Shown piece by piece: positions 9,528 to 17,628 of a stretch of DNA of 64,000 bases. This DNA comes from a virus. Its lineage: Duplodnaviria > Caudoviricetes. Location of the stretch: IMG/VR virus record IMGVR_UViG_3300048089_000093, positions 21,241 to 85,240 of that record, one strand, 5' to 3'. Under the pieces are notes generated by a model. The model searched no databases and was not told the DNA's origin. It was given only the letters and a program-made list of their open reading frames with translations. A program made the translations under genes and the position numbers. The first letter of the stretch is position 1, and each line of letters begins with the position of its first letter.

Positions 9528-11927
9528 ATGGCATCGGATCTCGAACTTGTAGTAGACGAAACCGTCATCGAGCTGGTTGACTCTGACGTAGGCGGCACGG
9601 CTGCGGGCGCGGCTGCGGGCAGCGCAACTGCGGCTGCGGGCAGCGCAACTGCGGCGAGCGCTTCGAAGGACGCTGCAGCTACCAGCGCAGCCGCCGCACT
9701 CGCGTCGAAAAACGCAGCTGGCACCAGTGAGACGAACGCGGCCACGAGCGCAGCTGCCGCACTCGCGTCGAAAAACGCAGCTGGCACCAGTGAGACGAAT
9801 GCAGCTACCAGCGCAGCCGCCGCACTCGCGTCGAAAAACGCAGCTGGCACCAGTGAGACGAACGCGGCCACCTCAGCCGCGCAGGCGGCGTCGAGCGCAG
9901 CTGCGCTGGGCTCTGGCCTGCAGAACCTGCTGGTGAATAGTACAGGCGAACTCGGCGACCTGAACTGGCCGACGCAGGTCTACCACGGCGTACCCGGCAG
10001 CGCAGCGACTGGTGGCCCGTACTTCACCAACTCCCTCACGCCGCTGACTGGCTCGCCGTTGTACTCGTACTCGAACTACATGCCGGTCGCGGCGGGCGTG
10101 GTCCTCAATATCCAAGGCATTCTCAGCGCGGCGGGGCTCACGGCAGGCGCTGCGACAATCGGAATCGAGTTTCACGATGTATCGGGCACCTTGCTGAATG
10201 TCGTCTCGCCGTCGAACGTGAACTTCGGAACAGGGCCGACATTCCGCACGGCTAGCGGTTCAGGCACCGCAGGCACGACGCAGTTTCGTATCCGCATGGG
10301 CGCTACCAGTTCCCCGGTCGGCCCGGTCAACGCTGTCACGTTCCAGAATATCAAGGTTGCGCTCGGGACCGCACAATCGACCTACTCGCAGGAAGCGAAC
10401 GACCTGTGTTTTTCTCCCAACCCGCCCGCGAACCTATCACCCATCTTCCAGGCTGTGCAGGCTCTCGGAACGATCTCGGGAGTCAACAACCCGAACTTGC
10501 TTCCGAACAGCACTGGAGAACTCGGTCAGCTCGGGTGGGTGACTAGTAACTTCACGGTTGGCTCTGACGGGCACGGCTCGTGGTGGACTAACGGAGCAGC
10601 GATCTCCGGGACTACTACTGAGGATATCTCGCAGAACATTCCCATCGGCGCGGGTGTCACCCTCTCGCTGTCCTACATGATCTACACGGCGGGCGTTACG
10701 GCCGGGCGAGCTTTCGTGCGTATGGAGGCGTTCAACTCCAGCAACGCGTCGCTCGGGTCCGTGGGTACTGTCCCTATCCCCGCTAACGGCCAGCCGTGGG
10801 CCTACTACTCCATGTCGGGGGCCACGCCGGCCGGGACGACGTACGTCAAGGTTCACAAGTCGCTCGACACGAGCCCGACAGTGTCTCAGGGCGGCGTAGC
10901 GTTCGCGAGGATCAAGCTCGAACAGAGCGCGGTGCCGACGCTGTATTCGACGGAAGCCAGCGACATCTACAGCAACATGCAGTCTGCGACTGTCCCCACA
11001 GGCAACCGTAATGGCTTCATAGACGGGGCTTGCGCGACGTGGACTGACGGGGTCGCGGCAACGGGCGTCGCCCTGTCGGCTGTTGCCGGTTTTGTTGGTC
11101 CCGCGATGTGGCGCGTCTCGTGCGGCACTGGTGGCGCTGGCACCGTCAACTTGATAGATGAGCGGGTTACTGGCGCGCTGGCGTCCTTCGAAGGCTCGGA
11201 GACCACCAACAGCATCAACATCAACATCACCACGGCGTCGACGGGCACAGTCGCGGCTCGAACGACTCCACTCATCTATCAGAACATCGAGAGCGTCGCA
11301 AAGTACGCCGGCAAGTCTGTCACCTTTCAGGTAAAACTGAAAGTTGCATCGGGCAGCATCACAATTCCGTCAGTAATTTTGGGTCAGGGTTTCGGTACTG
11401 GCGGTAGCCCTTCGGCCTCTGTCAGCTTCGATAAGGCGGTATCGTGGGTTGTCGGAACAACGTGGAAGAAGTTCTCTGTCCGACTCGACGTTCCGTCAAT
11501 AGCTGGGAAGACAATAGGCACTAGCGGCAACGACGTGCTCGGTATCGGCCTTTTGTTCCCCCCTGGCTTGACATACTCAGTCACGATGGCGGAATTCCAG
11601 GTTGAGCTGTGCAGCCCGTTAGCGAGCAGCGATATTAACGGTCTCGGCGGTGCGCCGACGACGTTCGAACATCGCGGCGTTCAGGCAGAGCGGGCACGCG
11701 TCGATCGGTACTATCAGCGGGTTGACCAGGTATATACGATCACAGGCGGCGTTTATAACCAGCTTGCATTTATTGCGCGAATGCGGGCCGTACCCGCAGT
11801 AGCGCTAACCACTAACGCAGGCACGATCACTCTCGGCGGGGCCGTAGTCAACGGCATGTGGTTCACAATGTCCTATACATCGAATTACAACGTTGCAGTC
11901 GGCTGTGTAGCCGACTGCAGAGTCTAA
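9528..11927 (+). CDS. Tail fibre / receptor-binding protein
   Basis: Ala/Ser-rich repeated N-terminal stalk, two NLL.NSTGELG beta-sandwich-like modules and a C-terminal E...C.RYYQ-like motif (DRYYQ). Confidence 0.8.
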   Translation: MASDLELVVDETVIELVDSDVGGTAAGAAAGSATAAAGSATAASASKDAAATSAAAALASKNAAGTSETNAATSAAAALASKNAAGTSETNAATSAAAALASKNAAGTSETNAATSAAQAASSAAALGSGLQNLLVNSTGELGDLNWPTQVYHGVPGSAATGGPYFTNSLTPLTGSPLYSYSNYMPVAAGVVLNIQGILSAAGLTAGAATIGIEFHDVSGTLLNVVSPSNVNFGTGPTFRTASGSGTAGTTQFRIRMGATSSPVGPVNAVTFQNIKVALGTAQSTYSQEANDLCFSPNPPANLSPIFQAVQALGTISGVNNPNLLPNSTGELGQLGWVTSNFTVGSDGHGSWWTNGAAISGTTTEDISQNIPIGAGVTLSLSYMIYTAGVTAGRAFVRMEAFNSSNASLGSVGTVPIPANGQPWAYYSMSGATPAGTTYVKVHKSLDTSPTVSQGGVAFARIKLEQSAVPTLYSTEASDIYSNMQSATVPTGNRNGFIDGACATWTDGVAATGVALSAVAGFVGPAMWRVSCGTGGAGTVNLIDERVTGALASFEGSETTNSININITTASTGTVAARTTPLIYQNIESVAKYAGKSVTFQVKLKVASGSITIPSVILGQGFGTGGSPSASVSFDKAVSWVVGTTWKKFSVRLDVPSIAGKTIGTSGNDVLGIGLLFPPGLTYSVTMAEFQVELCSPLASSDINGLGGAPTTFEHRGVQAERARVDRYYQRVDQVYTITGGVYNQLAFIARMRAVPAVALTTNAGTITLGGAVVNGMWFTMSYTSNYNVAVGCVADCRV
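9678..9866 (+). repeat. 3 x 63-bp in-frame tandem repeat (ATSAAAALASKNAAGTSETNA)
   Basis: Units 9678-9740, 9741-9803, 9804-9866 read directly; also 2 x 21 bp at 9609-9650. Confidence 0.95.
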
Positions 11928-11941
11928 TCAAGGAGTGGCAC

Positions 11942-12130
11942 ATGACAATCCGTTTCCAGTATCGGTATGACGCATTTTCAGGGTCTTCTGAAATCGACCC
12001 CAACTACATCCTGTACTACGCCGAAGACGGGCAAGAGTGGCTTGTTCCGCTAAACGTCGGGAACTGGATAGAAACTGACATCTATCTGCCGTGGCTCGCG
12101 GCAGGCAACGTGCCCGAGCAGCCGTCGTAG
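11942..12130 (+). CDS. Small tail-fibre-associated protein
   Basis: AAGGAG SD upstream of ATG 11942; Y..WLAAGN.P motif. Confidence 0.65.
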   Translation: MTIRFQYRYDAFSGSSEIDPNYILYYAEDGQEWLVPLNVGNWIETDIYLPWLAAGNVPEQPS

Positions 12131-12263
12131 CATGCAGAGGTATCTGTAGTGCGTTTCAGGCGCACGCTGCCTGACCAGGAAAACCGCAGTTAGTTCGGAT
12201 TCCTATGTACAATGCGGGCAGCCGTCCCACCCGGCTGCCTACATGTACAGGACCGACAATTAA

Positions 12264-12680
12264 ATGGATGCCCCGACCATTGTCGCCGTCTTCGGAGTTG
12301 CTGTGCCCGTCTTCACGGGCGTATTCGGCTATCTGTGGAAGGTGCACCAAGACCGCATCAAGGCGCTGGAAGACGCGAACGCTGAGCAGGACACGGCGCT
12401 CTCCGACTTCAAGCTCTTGCACGAAAAGTCTATGGCCGAAATGCAACGTCAAACCGCCGAAGCAATCGCCGAAGTCGAGCGCAAGCAGTCCGCGTTCGAG
12501 CTTGAAGCGGCGAAGGTATTTGTCACGCAGCCAGCGCTGCTGCAGGTCATGAACTCTCTGGACAAGACGCTCACTGCGATGGGCACGATGATGCAGGAAA
12601 ACCAGAAAGAGACGCGGGCGGGATTGGACGCGCTGAACAAGCGCATTGACTACATCCTCAACCCAAGGCCCGCACAATGA
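12264..12680 (+). CDS. Single-TM coiled-coil membrane protein (holin/antiholin-like)
   Basis: N-terminal hydrophobic helix followed by a coiled coil; directly precedes the endolysin. Confidence 0.55.
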   Translation: MDAPTIVAVFGVAVPVFTGVFGYLWKVHQDRIKALEDANAEQDTALSDFKLLHEKSMAEMQRQTAEAIAEVERKQSAFELEAAKVFVTQPALLQVMNSLDKTLTAMGTMMQENQKETRAGLDALNKRIDYILNPRPAQ

Positions 12681-13213
12681 CCCCACGCTTTCTCACCTGC
12701 CTCAAGTCCGTCCTCGGTATCGAGGGCGGCGTCTCCAACGACCCGGCTGACCGCGGCGGCCTCACCAACGCCGGTGTGACGCAGGCCACCTACGACGCAT
12801 GGCGCACGAGCCAGCACCTCCCGCAGCAGCCTGTGACGACGATCTCGCTCATCGAGATCCAGCAGCTGTACTGGGAAGACTACTGGGGCGCTGCGCAGTG
12901 CTACGCGCTTCCGGAGCCCGTCGACGCCATCGCGTTCGATATGGCGGTGAACAGCGGAGCCAAGCAGGCTCGGATGACGCTGCAGCGCACGCTCGGGTTC
13001 ACGGACAAGGCCGTCGACGGCGTGATCGGCCCGAAGACGCTCGGCCGCATTGCGAGCTACCAGCCGCTCACGCTGGCCGACCAGTATCTCGACGCGCGCG
13101 AGCGCTTCTACTACGACATCTGCGCGCGCGACCCGAGCCAGAAGAAGTTCCTGTCGGGCTGGATCAACCGCATCAACACGCTGGGCAAGCAGCTCGGCAT
13201 CGCGCGGAGCTGA
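12677..13213 (+). CDS. Endolysin, glycoside hydrolase family 108 with PG-binding domain
   Basis: EGG.SNDP.DRGG.TN.GVT catalytic motif, FD.AVNSG, VDG.IGPKT, KFL.GW.NR. Confidence 0.92.
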   Translation: MTPRFLTCLKSVLGIEGGVSNDPADRGGLTNAGVTQATYDAWRTSQHLPQQPVTTISLIEIQQLYWEDYWGAAQCYALPEPVDAIAFDMAVNSGAKQARMTLQRTLGFTDKAVDGVIGPKTLGRIASYQPLTLADQYLDARERFYYDICARDPSQKKFLSGWINRINTLGKQLGIARS

Positions 13214-13215
13214 CC

Positions 13216-13482
13216 ATGTGGGCGACGCTCAAGAAGCTGGTGAAGGACTGCATCACCGAGAACGACGGCCAGAGCTATGACGTCATCCGCGTGATCGTGA
13301 TGCTCGTGGGCGCGTCGGGCTTTCCGACCTTCCTCGGGCTCGCGATCTACAGCGTGATCGCATCGCCCGAGCATCGCTTCGCCATGACCGAGTTCGGCGC
13401 GGCGATGTGCGCGATCCTCGTCGGGCTTTGCACGGCTGCGATCGGTGTTGGGCAGAAACAGAAGACGGACCACCTGGGGTAA
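13216..13482 (+). CDS. Holin-like protein (2 TM)
   Basis: 88 aa, two hydrophobic segments, charged C-terminus, lies between endolysin and spanins. Confidence 0.65.
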   Translation: MWATLKKLVKDCITENDGQSYDVIRVIVMLVGASGFPTFLGLAIYSVIASPEHRFAMTEFGAAMCAILVGLCTAAIGVGQKQKTDHLG

Positions 13483-13486
13483 CGAC

Positions 13487-14077
13487 ATGCCGAAGCTGAA
13501 TCCGTACGTAATCCTCGCCGAGCTGGCAATCGTGCTCGGGCTGTGTTTTGGGTCTTACCAGTGGGGAAGTCACAACGAAAGCCTCGTGTTCGAGGCGTAT
13601 AAGTCGCAGCAGGCATCCAAGGCCGAGGAGCAGGTCGCGGACAACAAGGGTGCATTGCTGGATCAGGAGCGGCAGCAGAGCGCTGCGCTCGCGAAGATAG
13701 TTCAAGACCAGAAGGGGAATATCAATGAAATCACTCAGCGCCGTGACGCTTTGCTTGCTGACAATCAGCATCTTTCTCTGCAGCTGCGCCGGTTCCTCAC
13801 CGGTTCCAGTAGCACAGCAGCTCTCGTGTCCAGCTCTACAGCCGGCACCCAAGGGCTTGATGGAGCCAGTGACGCCGCATTTTCAGAGCGACTGGCAAAA
13901 CTTTCTGAATTCAACACCGCCCAGTTCGGGGCCGCAGACCTCTACATTGCCCAGATCTCAGCCCTTCAAGCTGTCGTCGCCGAGGACCGCAAAATCTGCA
14001 ACGGGGTACTGCCTGGTGTAGGGACGAAAAAAAGCGCCGACGCAGTCCCACCCACATCGGCGCAACCCCCAGCTTAG
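13487..14077 (+). CDS. Rz: i-spanin (Rz-like)
   Basis: N-terminal TM helix plus long coiled coil, last in the lysis cassette, contains an embedded lipoprotein ORF. Confidence 0.8.
   Translation: MPKLNPYVILAELAIVLGLCFGSYQWGSHNESLVFEAYKSQQASKAEEQVADNKGALLDQERQQSAALAKIVQDQKGNINEITQRRDALLADNQHLSLQLRRFLTGSSSTAALVSSSTAGTQGLDGASDAAFSERLAKLSEFNTAQFGAADLYIAQISALQAVVAEDRKICNGVLPGVGTKKSADAVPPTSAQPPA
13725..14021 (+). CDS. Rz1: o-spanin (Rz1-like lipoprotein) embedded in Rz
   Basis: Signal peptide with lipobox (IFLCSC), Pro-rich mature part with a second Cys, in the +1 frame inside Rz. Confidence 0.78.
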   Translation: MKSLSAVTLCLLTISIFLCSCAGSSPVPVAQQLSCPALQPAPKGLMEPVTPHFQSDWQNFLNSTPPSSGPQTSTLPRSQPFKLSSPRTAKSATGYCLV

Positions 14078-14120
14078 CGGTTGCGCACTAACAGTCCGCG
14101 CAACCGTCCACCCTACCTGC

Positions 14121-14157
14121 AAAAGACCGGCGACCATCATCTGGTCGCCGGTCTTTT
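14121..14157. terminator. Bidirectional rho-independent terminator
   Basis: AAAAGACCGGCGACCA-tcatc-TGGTCGCCGGTCTTTT, perfect 16-bp arms between convergent operons. Confidence 0.9.
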
Positions 14158-14194
14158 TCGTCTGTGCCCTAGAGCACAAAACATCTGACCCTGC

Positions 14195-14524
14195 TTACTG
14201 CGTTTCTGGCTCGACAATCTGGAGCAGCGCCGAGCTGGCCGCCTGAGCCGCAGCCTTTAGAGCTTCCTTGTGAGTCTGATCGGGGAGTTCGTCAGCATTG
14301 GCTGACTCGACCGCGGCGCTGAGATTATCAGAGATAGCTTTCAACTCAGCGTTACCAAGTAGTCTAGGCTTAACCAAGGCTTGAAGATGAGGTTTCTTAA
14401 GCTCGTCATGAGCTTCGATGAGGGCTTGCAAGGCTCTACCCTCCCGGACTCTGTCGGAGTCCTCTGAGACTAGGAGGCGGTCCCTCAAAGTCACTAGCGA
14501 AGTTATTTCCAAGTCTGAAATCAT
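14195..14524 (-). CDS. Hypothetical protein (atypical codon usage)
   Basis: 109 aa ORF with AAGGA SD after thyA; many CTA/AGA/TTG codons. Confidence 0.55.
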   Translation of the reverse strand: MISDLEITSLVTLRDRLLVSEDSDRVREGRALQALIEAHDELKKPHLQALVKPRLLGNAELKAISDNLSAAVESANADELPDQTHKEALKAAAQAASSALLQIVEPETQ

Positions 14525-14535
14525 TTGGTCGTTCC

Positions 14536-15441
14536 TTAGATCGCCACTTGGGCGCGGATAATACTCTGAGGATTGTATTTAGACAACCTCACGGCGCCAG
14601 GGCCGAACTCTAGCAATTCTTCAAGACTGTCAAACTTTCGGGGTGTGTGACCGATACCGCGCTCGATCTCGACGACTGGGCCATCTCCGAAGTAGTGGCA
14701 ACCCGTGAACGGGGACGGCTCCCGGCGCAGCTGCTCGACGGCTTGCTCGCGGTGGTTCGAGTAGAGGTGGACGTCGCCGGCGGTCCAAATAAACCGGCCA
14801 GGCTTGAGGCCGACCAGATGAGCGACGATGTGACAAAGAAGTGCGTAAGATGCAAGATTAAAAGGAACGCCTAAGAAAATGTCGCAGCTGCGTTGATAAA
14901 GCTGCAAGTCTAACAAACCTGACGGCCTCACGCGGAATTGGAACAGGCAATGGCAAGGTGCGAGGGCCATTTTCCCTTGGTCAACATTCGCTTGAGGGGA
15001 GATTCGCTCGTCAGGGAGGTCCGTGACGTTCCAGGCGCTGATCACGTGGCGGCGGCTGTACGGCCGCTCCTTAAGGTTGGCGAGCAACTCAGCGATCTGG
15101 TCGACGCTGCTGCCCTCCTCGCCCGGCCAGCCGCGCCACTGCGCGCCGTACACCGGTCCCAGCTCGCCGGCCTCGTCCTGCCACTCGTCCCAAATGGTCG
15201 TGCCGTACTTCTCGCGCAGCTCCTTGGCGCTGGTTGACCCGCTGAGCATCCAGAACAGTTCGCCTACGACTGCCTTCCAGGCGACTTTCTTGGTCGTCAT
15301 CAGGGGGAACTCCTGTTGCAGGTCGACAACGATCTGGCGGCCAAAATCACTGTATGTGCCCACGCCGGTACGATCATTCTTGATCTCGTCGCCGCGTAGA
15401 AGCAGGTCGCGCAGCAGGTTCAGGTATTGGGTTTCCCACAT
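14536..15441 (-). CDS. thyA: Thymidylate synthase
   Basis: [53 protein letters not shown] motifs. Confidence 0.97.
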   Translation of the reverse strand: MWETQYLNLLRDLLLRGDEIKNDRTGVGTYSDFGRQIVVDLQQEFPLMTTKKVAWKAVVGELFWMLSGSTSAKELREKYGTTIWDEWQDEAGELGPVYGAQWRGWPGEEGSSVDQIAELLANLKERPYSRRHVISAWNVTDLPDERISPQANVDQGKMALAPCHCLFQFRVRPSGLLDLQLYQRSCDIFLGVPFNLASYALLCHIVAHLVGLKPGRFIWTAGDVHLYSNHREQAVEQLRREPSPFTGCHYFGDGPVVEIERGIGHTPRKFDSLEELLEFGPGAVRLSKYNPQSIIRAQVAI

Positions 15442-15467
15442 GGTATCGGTCCTTTCTTAACGGTTTC

Positions 15468-16088
15468 TTAGGCTGCCTTCAGCAGCGTCTGTTGTTCAAC
15501 GTAGGTGCCCCACTGATCCGCCATCGCAATCCCCACCCCGTCGTAGGTACGGCTGCGGATCTTCCAGCGATCCTTGCCCGGCGATGCAAAGTGCACCTTG
15601 GGGGTACGTCCGTCGACGATGTCGGTCGGCGTGAGCGGCGGCAGGTTCTTGAGCCAGAAGCACGTGCGCTTCACCTCGCCGTGGCCGTGCTGCCAAGGCT
15701 GCAGCGAGAACGTGAAGTCGGCGCCGATGATTTCCTTTGCGTATTTGTGCATCACCGGGTTCTCCAGAGCGATGTGCTCGATGTCCGCGTTGAGCAGCAT
15801 CTTGAAGAACTCGGCGCCCTCGCGCAGCTGGTCCCAGCGCTCGGGCCGCTTCGGGTCGTGCAGCCACCGCACGCCGCTGTTGCACAGGTACGTGCAGCTC
15901 GGGTGGGCGATCATCGCGTCGAAGCGGCCACGCTGCGCCAGCAGGTCGCGCACGTCGCCGCGGTAGTGGCGGTCGAGGTGTTTGCCCTCGCCGGGCTCGA
16001 AGTCGCATGAGATGACGTCGTGGCCTCGCTCGATGAGGGCGTCGCGCACGACGCCGGAATACTCACATGCCACAAGGAAGCGGGCCAT
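15468..16088 (-). CDS. Phage C5-cytosine DNA methyltransferase-like protein
   Basis: LVACEYSG SAM-binding-like start, GHD..SCD, GDVRD, IAHPSCT (motif IV-like), IALENPV (motif VI ENP/ENV). Confidence 0.7.
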   Translation of the reverse strand: MARFLVACEYSGVVRDALIERGHDVISCDFEPGEGKHLDRHYRGDVRDLLAQRGRFDAMIAHPSCTYLCNSGVRWLHDPKRPERWDQLREGAEFFKMLLNADIEHIALENPVMHKYAKEIIGADFTFSLQPWQHGHGEVKRTCFWLKNLPPLTPTDIVDGRTPKVHFASPGKDRWKIRSRTYDGVGIAMADQWGTYVEQQTLLKAA

Positions 16089-16459
16089 TATGCGGACCTC
16101 CCTTTGACTTCGGCGCGCGCGGCGAGCAGCGCGGTGTACAGGTTGCTGAGATGCTCCGCAGAGAACGTGCTCAACTCCTCGGCCCTCAACCCCTCCAGAT
16201 CTCTCACCGCCCTGTACCTCGCGTTGCGCTCGCGAACGTGCTCGGTCACCGGCTCGACCTTCCTGTACGACTTCTGCAGTATGAGGTCGTCTTTGCGCGC
16301 GCGGCGCTCGCGAATGGTGCCTTCGTTGAAGACTAGCAGCGTTGCGGTCTCGCGGCTGAACGTGACGATCTCGTAGGGCGTTTCGTACCGGTTGCCGATG
16401 AGTATGGCAGCCTGATCGCCGGGTTTAAGGGCTTTCGCCCATTCGTGGTTGTCGCTCAT
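16088..16459 (-). CDS. Hypothetical protein
   Basis: GGAG SD and ATG 16459; translationally coupled to neighbours. Confidence 0.6.
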   Translation of the reverse strand: MSDNHEWAKALKPGDQAAILIGNRYETPYEIVTFSRETATLLVFNEGTIRERRARKDDLILQKSYRKVEPVTEHVRERNARYRAVRDLEGLRAEELSTFSAEHLSNLYTALLAARAEVKGRSA

Positions 16460-16761
16460 CGGGTCTCCGTGACGATGGTTTCTGTTTTGTGCCGCGTGCA
16501 GTTTTTGCCGCACTGCTCCGTGTAGTTGCGCTCAGTAGTGACGACAGAGTTGGGGCACCGGGTGAAGTAGTGCGTGGTGCCCCGACCGCCGTCGTCTCGC
16601 CACGCATACACCTTGCAGCTGTCGACCTCCCGGACGATGTGAGGCTTCGACTCGGCGCGGTACTCCGCCTCCTGCGCGGCGTTCTGCGCCTTGCCCCAGT
16701 CGGAGAACTCGCAGCCGTAGATCAGGCCGGCAAGCACGGCCATAAATGCGATCGCGAACAT
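16456..16761 (-). CDS. Hypothetical exported/membrane protein
   Basis: Hydrophobic N-terminus with Cys; CKVY.W.D....HYFTRC segment; ATG 16761 overlaps the upstream stop. Confidence 0.55.
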   Translation of the reverse strand: MFAIAFMAVLAGLIYGCEFSDWGKAQNAAQEAEYRAESKPHIVREVDSCKVYAWRDDGGRGTTHYFTRCPNSVVTTERNYTEQCGKNCTRHKTETIVTETR

Positions 16762-17627
16762 TAGACGGGCCTCCGTGCGAGAGCCTCCGTGGCGACCGCT
16801 GCGCCGTACGCGCGCAACTTGTCGGCCTGGTCGCCGTCCGGGTGGTAGCTCGACACGCCTGCCGACTGCCACAGAACATCGAGCACTCTCGGCGGCAGGT
16901 CGACGGAGGGCGCAGCCGGCGCCAGCTCTCCCAGCTGCGTGGTCATCGAATAGACACCAGCACCTACCTTAACCCTCCCCGTCACGATACCGGCGCGGTT
17001 CAGCGCTTCAAGATCCACGCGGTCCTCGGCGGGCTCGTCGAAGTTCCGCTCGATACCGTCCTGCACGAGCAGGATCACGTCATGCTTCGCGCCGGGGTGA
17101 TCCATCGCTTCGGTGATCTTGCCGAAGATGCGGTGCTCTGCATCGTGGTCGCCGGTGCTCACGTCGACCGAGACTTCCATGCCCTCGACCAGCTCCGCCA
17201 GTTGCTCGCGGGTAGGCGGCACGAAGTGGCTGATCGGCTCACCTTCGCCGTTCTCCGGAAGCTCGATATCGTCCCCAGTCGCGCTCTCATACAGCCGCAC
17301 GTCCTCGCCGCAGAAGTGGCAGGCCCAGTACGGCTTCGTCTTGCTCGTGACCAGCAACCCTTCAGCGTCCTCCTCGCGGTAGAACTCGAACAGCTTCGGG
17401 TACGGCGTGACGTGCTCACAGCCCGAGTCGCAGCAGAACTCGAAGCCCGCGGGCGGCACGCATACGAAGCGTGGGCCGCTCCCCGCGCGCGAGAAGAACA
17501 CAGCAGCCGGCCGCGACCACACCTGCCCGTCGTCGCTGCGATAGATGACGAGGATGTCGTGCGATGCTTCATCTTTGGCGAGCGTGACCAGATCGTATTC
17601 GCCGCCTTTGTAGTGTTTGAATTTCAT
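16761..17627 (-). CDS. DUF1653-like domain protein
   Basis: F.HYKGG.Y...A....E...VIYR....VW.RP...F N-terminal motif. Confidence 0.65.
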   Translation of the reverse strand: MKFKHYKGGEYDLVTLAKDEASHDILVIYRSDDGQVWSRPAAVFFSRAGSGPRFVCVPPAGFEFCCDSGCEHVTPYPKLFEFYREEDAEGLLVTSKTKPYWACHFCGEDVRLYESATGDDIELPENGEGEPISHFVPPTREQLAELVEGMEVSVDVSTGDHDAEHRIFGKITEAMDHPGAKHDVILLVQDGIERNFDEPAEDRVDLEALNRAGIVTGRVKVGAGVYSMTTQLGELAPAAPSVDLPPRVLDVLWQSAGVSSYHPDGDQADKLRAYGAAVATEALARRPV

Positions 17628-17628
17628 C

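Noticed and set aside
9528-12130. Diversity-generating retroelement or invertible tail-fibre switch
   Set aside because: No reverse transcriptase, no template/variable repeat pair and no invertase or flanking inverted repeats seen.
14536-15441. Group I intron in thyA
   Set aside because: The reading frame is continuous across the td-equivalent site; no intervening sequence.
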